Of a stretch of 64,000 nt of DNA, positions 53,901 through 64,000 are shown in pieces (position 1 is the first letter of the stretch; every line of letters begins with the position of its first letter). Location: contig MNCI01000721.1 in NCBI GenBank assembly GCA_015680685.1, positions 186,001 to 250,000 on the forward strand. The letters run 5' to 3'. The position numbers and the translations under genes are program-made. A model generated the notes under the pieces. It worked only from the letters and a program-made list of their open reading frames with translations. It did no database searches and was not told where the DNA came from. Origin of the DNA: Gnetum montanum. Its lineage: Eukaryota > Plantae > Gnetophyta.

Positions 53901-54390
53901 TGACACTAGAAATGGGGAAGTGCTACCTACTCCTCTCCTCATCACTATATGTGTTGGCAAATACATAGTTCACTATGTTTATGTGGATGATGAGGTAGCC
54001 ACAAATGTGATACCATACTCCATCGTTGATAAGTTGGAACTAACTAAGAACATCCAAGCAACCACCACCTCTACACTTAAGTCATTTAATGGCTTACAAG
54101 TAGTAGTGCAAGGTTCCATCACTTTGGATTTCATAGTTGGTAAATAGTTTCCCACATCCACCAACTTCTTAGTAGTTGAAGAGACACCTAGCTTCAACTT
54201 GATCCTAGAGAAACCATGGTTGGTGAAGCTTTGGGTGGTTTCATCTCCTATACATCAGGAGATTCACTTGCCATATGCAAGTGAGGAGATTGTGATCCTT
54301 GGGGACAATGTGTCACTACCCTCAATTAACTATGTCAACATTAATAGAGTTTCTAAGGTAGAGTTTCAAGAGGAAACTCCTAACACTTAG
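51000..54390 (+). pseudogene. gag: gag-protease of element D
   Basis: KYNDEGDPNAHL..RIFCMSLKGKAVDWY (52089-52295); decayed knuckle YYHYDQMSGHNTNYYLALKDDL (52980-53050); protease YVDDEVATNVIP..FNLILEKPWL..SSPIHQ (53869-54300). Confidence 0.85.
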
Positions 54391-54678
54391 ACTGGGGCCA
54401 ACAACAATGTGAGTAATGCCAACTCTGTGACACATGAAAACCAACAAAAATGCCTACAACTCGACATACTAAATAAGAGAAACGATGACCATAAGATTAT
54501 GCCAAAAAGATTTCTTGATATCTCAAAGATCAAGCAAAACATTTATGGTAAACATCTTATCCTTTCCTTCACTAATAGTTTATTTACCTTTACAACATTA
54601 TATCATGTTTCAATGTTGCTTCTAGCCTTATGTGCTCTTTTGAGGACGTTTCATTCTTGCTAGGCAAGTATAAACCTT

Positions 54679-54800
54679 ATGGGTAGCTAAGGCCTAAAAC
54701 TAGAATTACGGTCCACTATGGCCTTAAACTAGCAATGTTATGGCCTGCCAGGGCCTAAAATTGGTGAAGCCATGACCTGTGAGGGCCTAAAATTAGTAAG
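54679..54800 (+). repeat. ~31-bp repeat array left of the cargo in D
   Basis: Four units of (a)tggcctgccagggcctaaaattgg-like sequence; same family as 308-440. Confidence 0.85.
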
Positions 54801-55633
54801 CATAATGACCTTTCAGCCAATCTACCAAATAGCATTATACGCAAGTTTACTTATATGTGTTTATTGTGGTTTAAAATTATCACTATGTCACATTTTATCT
54901 ATTGGCTTTATCTTATGACCTTGTTACATTTACTACTTATGTTTATATGAAATGTATAAAACATAAGAATTTAAAACTAAGGTGTAGTTGAAATCACACC
55001 ATGCGATGAGACAACCATATACCTACATAAATGTCCAAAGTCATGTCTGCATTATGTAACATTCAACAACAAAGACAATGTGAGGTGTTTGTGACTAATA
55101 TAACCAAATGAAAATAGATGCGACAATGATCAAAGAACTAGACATAGCTAGTGACTAAGCCATAAGTGGAGAGAGGGAGATCAATGCCATTGACATTATT
55201 GTCACCATTACTACCAACTTCATTACTATTAACACTCTCTAGACAAACAAATACTAATGCAAACTAAAAAAGGTAGGAGCATGGAATTCATCCAAAGAAA
55301 AATGATTCCTTATATGGAAATCACCTTCCAAACGAAAAAGCACTAATACTATACGGGGAAGGTAAAATTAGCAAAAGGGTCCACATACTATACCATTGCA
55401 CCACATTAGACCAAAACCATTAAGCCACTTTATTCTACACTGAGAGCTATGGTTATAAAATATACTATTGTCGTAATGTTTGAAAGTATGACCAGTGAAT
55501 AGCCATAAAAATAAAATGACAAATTTCTAACCCCAGCCACAAATGCTCCTAAAACAATCAAACCGACACTACTAAATTTCATATTCAAAATGTGTAGAAG
55601 GGAATTACTCTACTCTAGTGTCGTGTTTATTCA

Positions 55634-56030
55634 GTGACCAGGCAGTATGACTTAAGCTGGGAGAGTTCAGTTTTTGTTATTTCCATTTTGGTTATTGCCG
55701 CACTTTCTTTGATATTTGGGGTTGCGGCGGAGAACAAGAAGCTAGCTGCTAGAACACCCATCATAGGCAAAAGCATCACTATTTGCAAATACCCTTTTGA
55801 TCCTTCCATTGCCTTAGGCAGTATTGCAGTTGTATCGTTGTTGTTATATACACTTCTTGGCATTGCTTCTGTGTTTCATCTCTACGATGGACAATTTGTT
55901 CCTGCTCATGATTTGCAGAAGACCACAACCCTAGTGCTCTCATTTATTATTGCATTTGTTGTTTTTGTGTTTGCTGAGGCCCTTTACTTATGGGTGTTAA
56001 TCACTGAAGGTTTCCACCAAAATAATAATA
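55634..56030 (+). pseudogene. Captured DUF1218 membrane-protein gene fragment (AENKKPAS-type subfamily), C-terminally truncated
   Basis: LSLIFGVAAENKKLAARTPIIGKSITICKYPFDPSIALG..LYLWVLITEGFHQNNN matches, from memory, the plant DUF1218 subfamily motif LSFxxGVxAENKKPASGTPIxGKxVxICKYPSDPTVALG..LWPTITEQLH. The C-terminal CPTAKTGL segment is absent and there is no in-frame ATG. Confidence 0.85.
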
Positions 56031-56923
56031 GCCTGCAGTGGGCTATGCTGCCACTACAGAAACCCTATGGTCGCGCTAGCTGCCGCCTTTTGCTGCTTAA
56101 TCCCTCACTCGATCATCGTCTCTGCAATCAGCCTCTCTGTGCCGTGCCATGAAAAATCCTCCACTACTGACTTGCCACAGTCCTCCAACCATGCCTGCTT
56201 TGTGCCGTCCCACCACTATAACCCTCATGTGTGTTGTCCCTGCCCTACGCCTGCAACCGCCATGCCGCTCAGCCTACGGTCGCACTACCACGCAACCCTG
56301 CGACAGCCCTGGCTGTGGCCCGCCCACCCAGAATGCCACCATCACCAATCACGGCAGCTTTGATCTGTTATTTTATTGTTACCATATAAAAAACTTTGAT
56401 GTATTGCCACGCCGTCCATTCTTTGACGTTCTAAATTAAATTAAATGAAACTTAGATGAATTACTTTCATACTTGTATTACATACCTATAATCCCACTAT
56501 TGATTCCACTGTTTTATGCCTAACACCTTTAATTATCATTATTTTATAACCTTAATTTATACTACTATTATCCACTCTTCTTCATCATACTCTACATTTT
56601 GCTACTACACATCTTTCATTCTCATCTTACACATTATCAACTATCTATATTTGCCACCTTTATCAACTTATGCTATACTACTTTTTTATAAAAAATAGAA
56701 ATAAAAATAATTAATTAATTAATTAAAAATTTGTTGTTGTTAACAATGTTATATTAAATTTAATGCCTAGTCCACCATGTTTTATTTTGTTTTTGCTCAA
56801 TTTTATCTTACCTTTTATTTCTATCCTATTTCTTACCATGGTATAACTTCATTTTACATTATCTCACCAAGCTCTACCTAACTTCTACCTCATGATAACC
56901 TCGCCAATGAAAATGCCAACACC

Positions 56924-58045
56924 ATGGCCTGCCAAGGCCTTGAATTGGCAATCTTATGCCCCGCCAAAGGTCTAAAACTGACACTATGCAAACTCATTTT
57001 ACCACTCTTTTTCATCATTTGGCATCATTTGGACCTTGATTCACTTAATTTGACATTATTTGAATCAACAAGGCCTTATTTGACCCTTATTTCACACCAT
57101 GCTACATGGTTTTAACCATGATTTGACCTTTATTTAATCTCATTATGCATAATTTGACATTTGTCTTACCATATTCACCTTATTCTCTTCCTTTTGACCT
57201 TTATTGATCACATTTAGCCTTTGTTTAGCCTTTAATTGGTGTTAGGTAATGGGTTTGATCACTTCTAACCATTATTTAACCATGGCTTGCCAAGGCCTAA
57301 AATTGGCAATATGGCTTGCTAAGGCCTAAAACTGGCAAAACTATAATCATAGTTGACCATGTTTGACCTTATATTACCCTTATAACCTTTATTAGCCACA
57401 TTTAAGCCTTGTCTGGCCTTTACTATAATGTTTTGACTTATTTAAGCATTATTATTAATGTGTTTTTACATTATCTTCACATTATTTAATCATTTTATTA
57501 CACAGGTGCAGCTTGATGTGCTTATGTTGTCATATAGATTGAGTTAGGAGGATAAGGAAGCAAACACGACTAGCCTTAAAGCATAAGTAAATCCCTCTTG
57601 TGATGTTGTTAGGCCAAGTTGACCTTAAAGCCATTTTACTCTACATCCATTGGACCTTGAAGCAACCTGATGATCATTAACCTTGAAGCCAAAAACATCA
57701 TGGAGGGTCCCTTAGTCGAAATTCCCACCTCAGACCACAATGCTGAGGAGAAAATACATGAAACCAAGTTCCTCATGAAAACTTAAGCCTACCCAAGACC
57801 ACATCAAGCCTATGTTATGCAGCATTAAAGCCATCATATAGCCTCAATTATGCCTAACACTCACATGTTTGTTTGTAGTGTTGTTTATCATTGTTGATAG
57901 GTTGTAACAAATGATTGACACTAACAACTTTGATTATCTACAATGAGTGAGCCTACATGGCATCTTTGCATAATAGAGGAAAATCTTTGTACAATCTGCC
58001 GAGGTCTTAAACTAGTACCATGATCCACCATGGCCTTAACCTAGT
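56924..58045 (+). repeat. Further copies of the ~30-bp repeat right of the cargo, plus tttgaccttt-type degenerate repeats
   Basis: atggcctgccaaggccttgaattggcaat (56924), catggcttgccaaggcctaaaattggcaatatggcttgctaaggcctaaaactggcaaaa (57281-57340), and ~57995-58045. Confidence 0.8.
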
Positions 58046-58339
58046 AACATTGGTGACCTAGGTGGCTTGGTTATATCATTTCATGTGGCTTGCATGCATT
58101 GTAACATTATAACATGTTCTTCTTGCTTGGTTTTCATGTCCTCTTGGAGTTGTGTTTGTAGGATGAAGCTTGCAACCATTACAAGGGTGGCACTCATTAC
58201 AGCAACCAGTCAAAACATGGCTTTAATGTGCAAAATTCAGTGAGTCTATTCTGCTTTGTCAAGAGTGCTTGTACCATTGCCCTCTATCTAGCACCATTCC
58301 TTGAGCCCAACCTCATAGCCTAAATATAACCTTCCTTAC

Positions 58340-59181
58340 TAATGAGGGGCGAGGTACCCCTACACTCAACCATACGAATACGAGCGTTACACGAGCGATC
58401 TGGTCAAACTCTACAGACGGACTAGTTGTGGCATCTAAATAGTTAGCCTTAGGTCGCAGTTCGCTATTTTCCCACCTAGAATAGTATTATCTTTGTCACG
58501 TATGGTTTAGTCCAGAGTGAGGTGTGTGATGGGTTTCTAATCTAATGCTACTCATGGAGGCAATGGAAAGTAATATTAACTAAGCTAGGAGAGAAGGGTG
58601 AGAGAATCTAAACTAGCCTAAGTGCTATGAGCATCCGTTCCTTGATTATCCGTACACATCTTGGACTTCCTGCACAACTACCACTGGGATAACCAAGTGT
58701 AGATCCTAGGTATGCTACTGGGTTACCAAGTAGTCACACTTAAATGCTTGTAATCAAGTCGTACTCATTCCACATTTAACATGAGTTTAAGGGTGAGAGA
58801 GATTAACTAGGAAAGAAATAAATAACAATACCAATTAAATAATTAATTAATTAAACTAAGTGAATGCTGCAATGATGAAGTAATCTCGATCTTTATTTCC
58901 GGTCATGTGCATGTCCAAGTACGTCACACTCAAATAAGGATGTCGTACAATTACAATCACCACACTATAGGCATACACGGAGAAGAAAAGGGGTGAGAGA
59001 AGAAAATAAAAACACTAAAAACTAACTAACTCTAAAATTGACAAAAAAGCTCACTATCGGATCTGTCTACCTCTTATTTATAAATGAGGAGACAGGCCAT
59101 GATATCGCGTATGTGATATCGTGGGTTGGGCTACGATATCGCGTACGTGATATCGTTGTCGCCCCAAATGACGACTCATCA
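58340..59181 (-). mobile_element. Solo LTR of the B/C family nested in D
   Basis: Start taatgaggggcgaggtacccctacactcaaccatacgaat matches the B LTR start; ends ctcatca; exact TSD CTTAC (58335-58339 / 59182-59186). Confidence 0.88.
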
Positions 59182-59796
59182 CTTACCTTAAGCAGCAATG
59201 TTAACCAATGTTTAACTTTCATGCATTATAGCCATGTGACATCTCCTTCTTCATGTTCCACCATCAAGACCGTTCAATGCAACACATCTCATTCAACAAG
59301 GAAACCAAATAGAATCGACCTTTGCAAAGAAACCCAATGAAGGTTTCGCCCCACAAAAAAATTGAGAAGAAAATGGCCAAGAAGCTGGAATGACCTATGA
59401 AGATTAAAAAAACAAACTAACAACTCCAGATGCACAAAAAGGAGGATCCTAGAGGACAAGGAAACTTTGGAGCAAGATGTTGGATCCTCAAACACATTCA
59501 TCAAGTGACCAACATCTCAAAACATGAAGCTTCAAAACCTATTGATGGACCAACATGGAAGTGCCATAGCCATGATGTTAACACTTGGAACAAATTTTTC
59601 ACCCTTATAACCCCATTACCATTACCATTCCCTCATCATAGCCTTATCCCATCATCACAAGCACTCTTTGGCATTGTTCGACATGACTGAATCAAGCATA
59701 GAAAGGGAATGTTTGTGGTGGACCTGTAGTGGTGTTTTGTATTCTTTGTTGGTGCCTTTTGAGTCAATCCTCTAAACTCCAACAAAGATGAGCCAT

Positions 59797-61221
59797 TGAA
59801 ACACCACTAAATTTTCATGTTCTAACCTTTGTAACCCCATCCCATGAAACCCAAGGTAAAACTTCATTGTAAATGTGAGGATTGTAACCCATGAGGTGCA
59901 ATCTCACATACTTTACACTTTTGGGGCTAAAAAATGCCTCATTAGTGGTCAAAGCCTCATTCTGCAAGTGACAAAAGTCATGTTATATCTATATTTGAGA
60001 TTGGATAATTAAAAATTCCTTTTGGGATGCTAAAATTGGCATTTTTGATGGGTTTTATGGGAGTTATAGCATTTTATACACTGAAGACACCTACCCCTAA
60101 GTAGGATGCATGGGGGGAAAGCTCACCTACCCCCAACTTGGATGCATGGGGGGAAAGCTCACCTACCCCAAACTTGGATGCATGGGGAAAAAGTTCACTT
60201 ACCTCTAGCTTGGATGCATGGGGGGAAAGCTCACCTACCTCGAACTTGGATGCATGGAAAAAAATCTTACCTACCTTCACCTTGGATGTATAGGGGGAAA
60301 CCTCTTCCCCATCCAAAACCCCCCTCCCAAACATGGAAACTATATGCCCCTAGTGTGGAAGCCACAAAGACTAGATCTCAACACCCCATGCACTCTAGTG
60401 TTGATCCAACATGCCAACATAGAAGGTTGAAGGCCCAACATAGAAGATCTATCTCTAGTGTGGATGCCATTCCCCCATTACTATTTGTAATAAATGAAAT
60501 GGCCATGAAGGTTTGGAACTTACTATATATGGTAACCCCCTACATTTTGGCACCTACCCCGCCTAAAGTGTAGCCAAAATTTGCAACCAATTTGCAGCAA
60601 AAATTAAGGCCAAAAACCTATAAAATATAAACCCCAATACCATTTCAAGGTCTCACATTTTGGTAGTTCCACCTCCTTTCTACTCACATACTTTGGCATT
60701 TTTGGCAAGCATTTTTGCATTCAAGAGCTTTGAACACACATAAAGTCTCTTGAATCCCCAACATGGGATTCCCTTTTTTTGAGAAATTACTCCCCACCTC
60801 CACATGTAACACCCAACGTTGTAGATTTTCTGCAAGGAGTAGCAAAGGTTTAAAAGCATTGGGAGTTGTGGATCATCTAAATTATGGAGCAACAGATTCC
60901 AAGCTCCACTAAAGTAAACCCCCTACTCCTAGGCACATTTTTGTACACATTCCTTAAACTCATTCTTTATTCTTTTTTTAATAAAGTTTAGGGTTTCTAG
61001 TTTTGTGTGCAATTTGCATTTACTTTTAGCTTTCTAGATCTGCAATCATGTTGCATTTTTATTTTTACAATCTTGTTTACCCTCCTCTAAGTCCTTAGGT
61101 GATCTTTTGGACCATTCAAGGCACCCTGAATCCCATTTTTTGGAGGCCTTGGGGATTTAGGGTTAAATTTGTTGCATTGTGATTTTTGGTTTTCTAGTAA
61201 TTGAATTTTTTAGTTGCTATA
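59797..61221 (+). repeat. 3' LTR of element D
   Basis: Collinear direct repeat of 48730-50184, including the 33-bp tandem array (one additional unit). Confidence 0.93.
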
Positions 61222-62089
61222 GGAATAAAATGCAAGGAAATAACTATTGAAATGTAAATATATGCTAAGTTAAAACGATGTAATGTGTAGAAATCAATCT
61301 TAATCTTTATTACCATTCATGAGTTCATTCATGCATAGCCACTCAAATAAAGAATTTAGACAACTAATGTAAACACATGCTATATTCACTTGTTAACTAA
61401 GTAAGAATTACATAAATAAATTATAAGAGTTCGAATACTATTGACTAAAACTATGCTCTTTTTTTTTCATACCAACACGTGTATTTATAATGATGATAAG
61501 ACTATGAGACATCACATTTACGATGTTTCTTCACAACATGGAAACCTACAATATTTATTATTCATTAATTCTAAGGTAAGGGCTATGCTAGCATTCCCTA
61601 GAGAAAAATTGTCTTAGCCTTGAGTTTTAACATAGAATATTTAACATTTCATCATCAACATTAATGAAAAATTCTTTCTTATATCAGAAATTTTGACAAT
61701 TACCACTTAAACAAACTAGACAAACTTCTCATAAGAATAAAAAATTTTATGGGAAATATAAATGGCTATCCATATATACCTATATGTAGTTGCTTCGATC
61801 ATAAACTTTCATTAAATATAAATGTGAATATTATCGTGGATATGTTTGTGTAAGTATATCCAAATTTTTGGATAGCAATGTATGTGGCACTGAATAATGT
61901 AGGCATGTGGAATGTGAGAAGTGAAAAAGAAAAAAACATTTGGATGGTAGAGAGGTGTTAAATCCCAAAAGTAGTATTAATAATAAGAAAAAAAAATTTG
62001 AGTACATCATATCAACATTGAAATCCTAAAATAATTGAAATATAGTTACATCTAAAAATATATAGTCCAATTAGAACATTATAACTTAG

Positions 62090-62160
62090 CATTATCCTAC
62101 ATGATCAAACCCATGACTTGGATCTTTCAAATCAAAAGTCTTACCACTAGGCTAACACCT
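62090..62160 (-). other. tRNA-derived SINE head or tRNA pseudogene
   Basis: Minus strand reads ggtgtTAGCCTAGTGGtaagacttttgatttgaaagatccaagtcatgGGTTTGATCatg: Pol III A box and decayed B box at tRNA-like spacing. No convincing acceptor stem. Confidence 0.55.
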
Positions 62161-63538
62161 CATCTAAAGGACATCATACGTTTAACACTAAGTAGAAAAT
62201 AGGAAAACAACATGGAAAGTAATAAAACATTCTAATTTTAGAAATGTCTACTTAAGTGTACAAAATTAGAATTGAAATAATTATTTTAAAAATCAAGAAA
62301 TGAAAATTAATTGTTAGTAGGGATAATCATCCTAACCCTAGTAACATTTTCATGACTTTCAACATCCATGCTTGAACTTAAAATAGCAAAAAAATTCAAG
62401 TTAGTAATAGAAATCTTTAACAAAATACTAACTTTTGTAGAAGAGAAAGATCTAATAGAAAATGACAACATTGATGCTAGAAATTTTTCATTACAATTGA
62501 CTTTACATCGAGATTTTTTACCATTAGAGTTATAAGGTTTAATCTTTGAGTAAATAATACTCTTGTCAAATGAGGAAAAATTTCCCTTATGGGTTGTCTA
62601 TTTAGACTCATCAACACATTAGAAAAATATTCATAGAAGATTTCATCTGTTCTAGTTTCTTCATTATTGTCATTTGATCATTCTTATCATTGATAGTAAC
62701 TTGATTTTTTGTATCTTCAACTTCATATTTTTTTTTCTTTTTTCTTACTATTCTCAACTTCAACATGTATTTTCTTTTGCTTAGCATCTTTTTTCTTGAG
62801 TAGAAAAGTAAAATATTCAATTTTATTGGTCAAATATTAGAAGTAGCAAGCATGATGAAATGGAATATCTATATGCAACAACTTTAATATCCATGAGAGT
62901 ACATATTAACAAAGTAAGAATGAGACCATACCATCTTCGAGTTAAAGCAAAGTGAAATAGTTAGAAGCACACAGATAAAATATCTTGACTATGTTTATTG
63001 CAAGTGGTAGAATGTGAGCATCATGTATTATGAGAATGTTGTACAAAAAATTTCTTGAGAAGAAAATGACAAGTCTTAAATTGGTCTTTTTATGAGCTAT
63101 TTAAGCTAATAGTGTTAGTTCTAGGAAATTATATATAAGACATGTTCAAGTTGCATGAATATTAGATACATCTATTATACTTAATATTTATTTTTACTAA
63201 TGTATTTTGAACAAGTTGATTTGTCTGATATACCCTTTGAGTCTATATAGATGTAATAACATATTAGCATAAATATCAGTAAATGTCCTTCATGATGATA
63301 CGTGATAAAAATTAGGAAGATCGTAATATGTGATTAGCTAAATATAGATCTTCTTGCTTACTTATAATACCAATTTCTTCTTATAGTTAAGAAGAGTGAT
63401 TTCAATAGAAAAAAATTATCTACTATGACATCTCATTCCTAGATGTTATTGCAAATGTCAAATATATGTTATATGAGACATATGCATAAGAAGAAAATAT
63501 ACCAAACATAAAATATATGTAACATTCGACATTATGTG

Positions 63539-64000
63539 TGATGAATCACCATTGTTGTCTACTGGGACATCACGTACGCAACGTTGGGGCTGCAACATCG
63601 TGTAGGTGATGTTAGGGCCTAGCTCCAACGATGAGTGTCTGACATCGAGGAATCTATCCTAGCTTATAAATATAGCACTTAGGTTCTATTTTTTGGCATA
63701 ATTTACTTTTCAGTTTTTAAGCAAGGTAGTGAAGTTCTTACCATTTCTTTTCCTCAAAGTTAGAATATTTTCTAGGTGCCCATAGAAGGAGTCTAAAGTG
63801 TGTATGGTTCTTTGTTTGAGCATTGATGTACTTGAGCATAGTAGTGTGATAGGAATAAAATGAAATTTTTTAACAATCCTTGTAGCACTAAGAATAAATT
63901 AATATTTTCTTTAATGCATTTTACTTTCTTGCTTTTTACTTTAATGCATTTGAATTAAGAGATTTATTTCTAGTTGTTAATGAACATGGGCACGACCACT
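63539..64000 (+). mobile_element. Start of another B/C-family LTR running off the window
   Basis: Begins TGATGAATCA like the C LTR; TATA cttataaata at ~63663; 63795-63925 aligns with 28770-28900. Confidence 0.8.

Larger units (their letters stand above)
48730..61221 (+). mobile_element. Element D: complete non-autonomous Ogre/Tat-like LTR retrotransposon (gag-PR only) with captured cargo
   Basis: Direct LTRs 48730-50184 and 59797-61221; exact TSD GGAAT (48725-48729 / 61222-61226). gag and protease remnants are present; no RT/RH/INT was recognised. Confidence 0.92.

Noticed and set aside
55634-56152. Intact functional 172-aa host gene
   Set aside because: No in-frame ATG, the conserved C-terminus is replaced by unrelated sequence, conserved positions carry substitutions, and it lies inside a TSD-bounded LTR element.
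62611-62820. Lysine-rich 69-aa ORF
   Set aside because: Low complexity and no recognisable domain; not supportable as a gene.

Overview
AT-rich land-plant heterochromatin; the TE lineages suggest a non-angiosperm host, but I cannot name the taxon. I found no intact host gene. The window is almost entirely a nested stack of decayed retrotransposons. (i) Two Tat-like Ty3/Gypsy elements on the minus strand (A, ~10.2-16.5 kb; E, split across ~17.9-41.5 kb) carry an extra RNase H between protease and RT. (ii) Two Athila-like elements inserted into E: B (18589-26797, both LTRs, TSD AAATA) and C (28516-~40300, with a long extra 3' ORF). Solo or partial LTRs of the same family lie at 58340-59181 and 63539-end. 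(iii) A comparatively young, near full-length L1 LINE lies at ~42.56-47.74 kb. (iv) Element D (48730-61221, TSD GGAAT) is a complete non-autonomous Ogre/Tat-like gag-protease-only element carrying a captured, truncated DUF1218 gene between arrays of a ~30-bp repeat. (v) At the window start, a D-family relative has a different cargo at the equivalent position: a spliced antisense ORF preceded by decayed 25-bp palindromes. The most interesting observation is this apparent variable cargo slot. Also present are a tRNA-derived SINE-like head, a clear CHG-deamination footprint at LTR termini, and a probable contig-inversion artefact at 9266-9930. All alignments were done by eye; no database searches were run.
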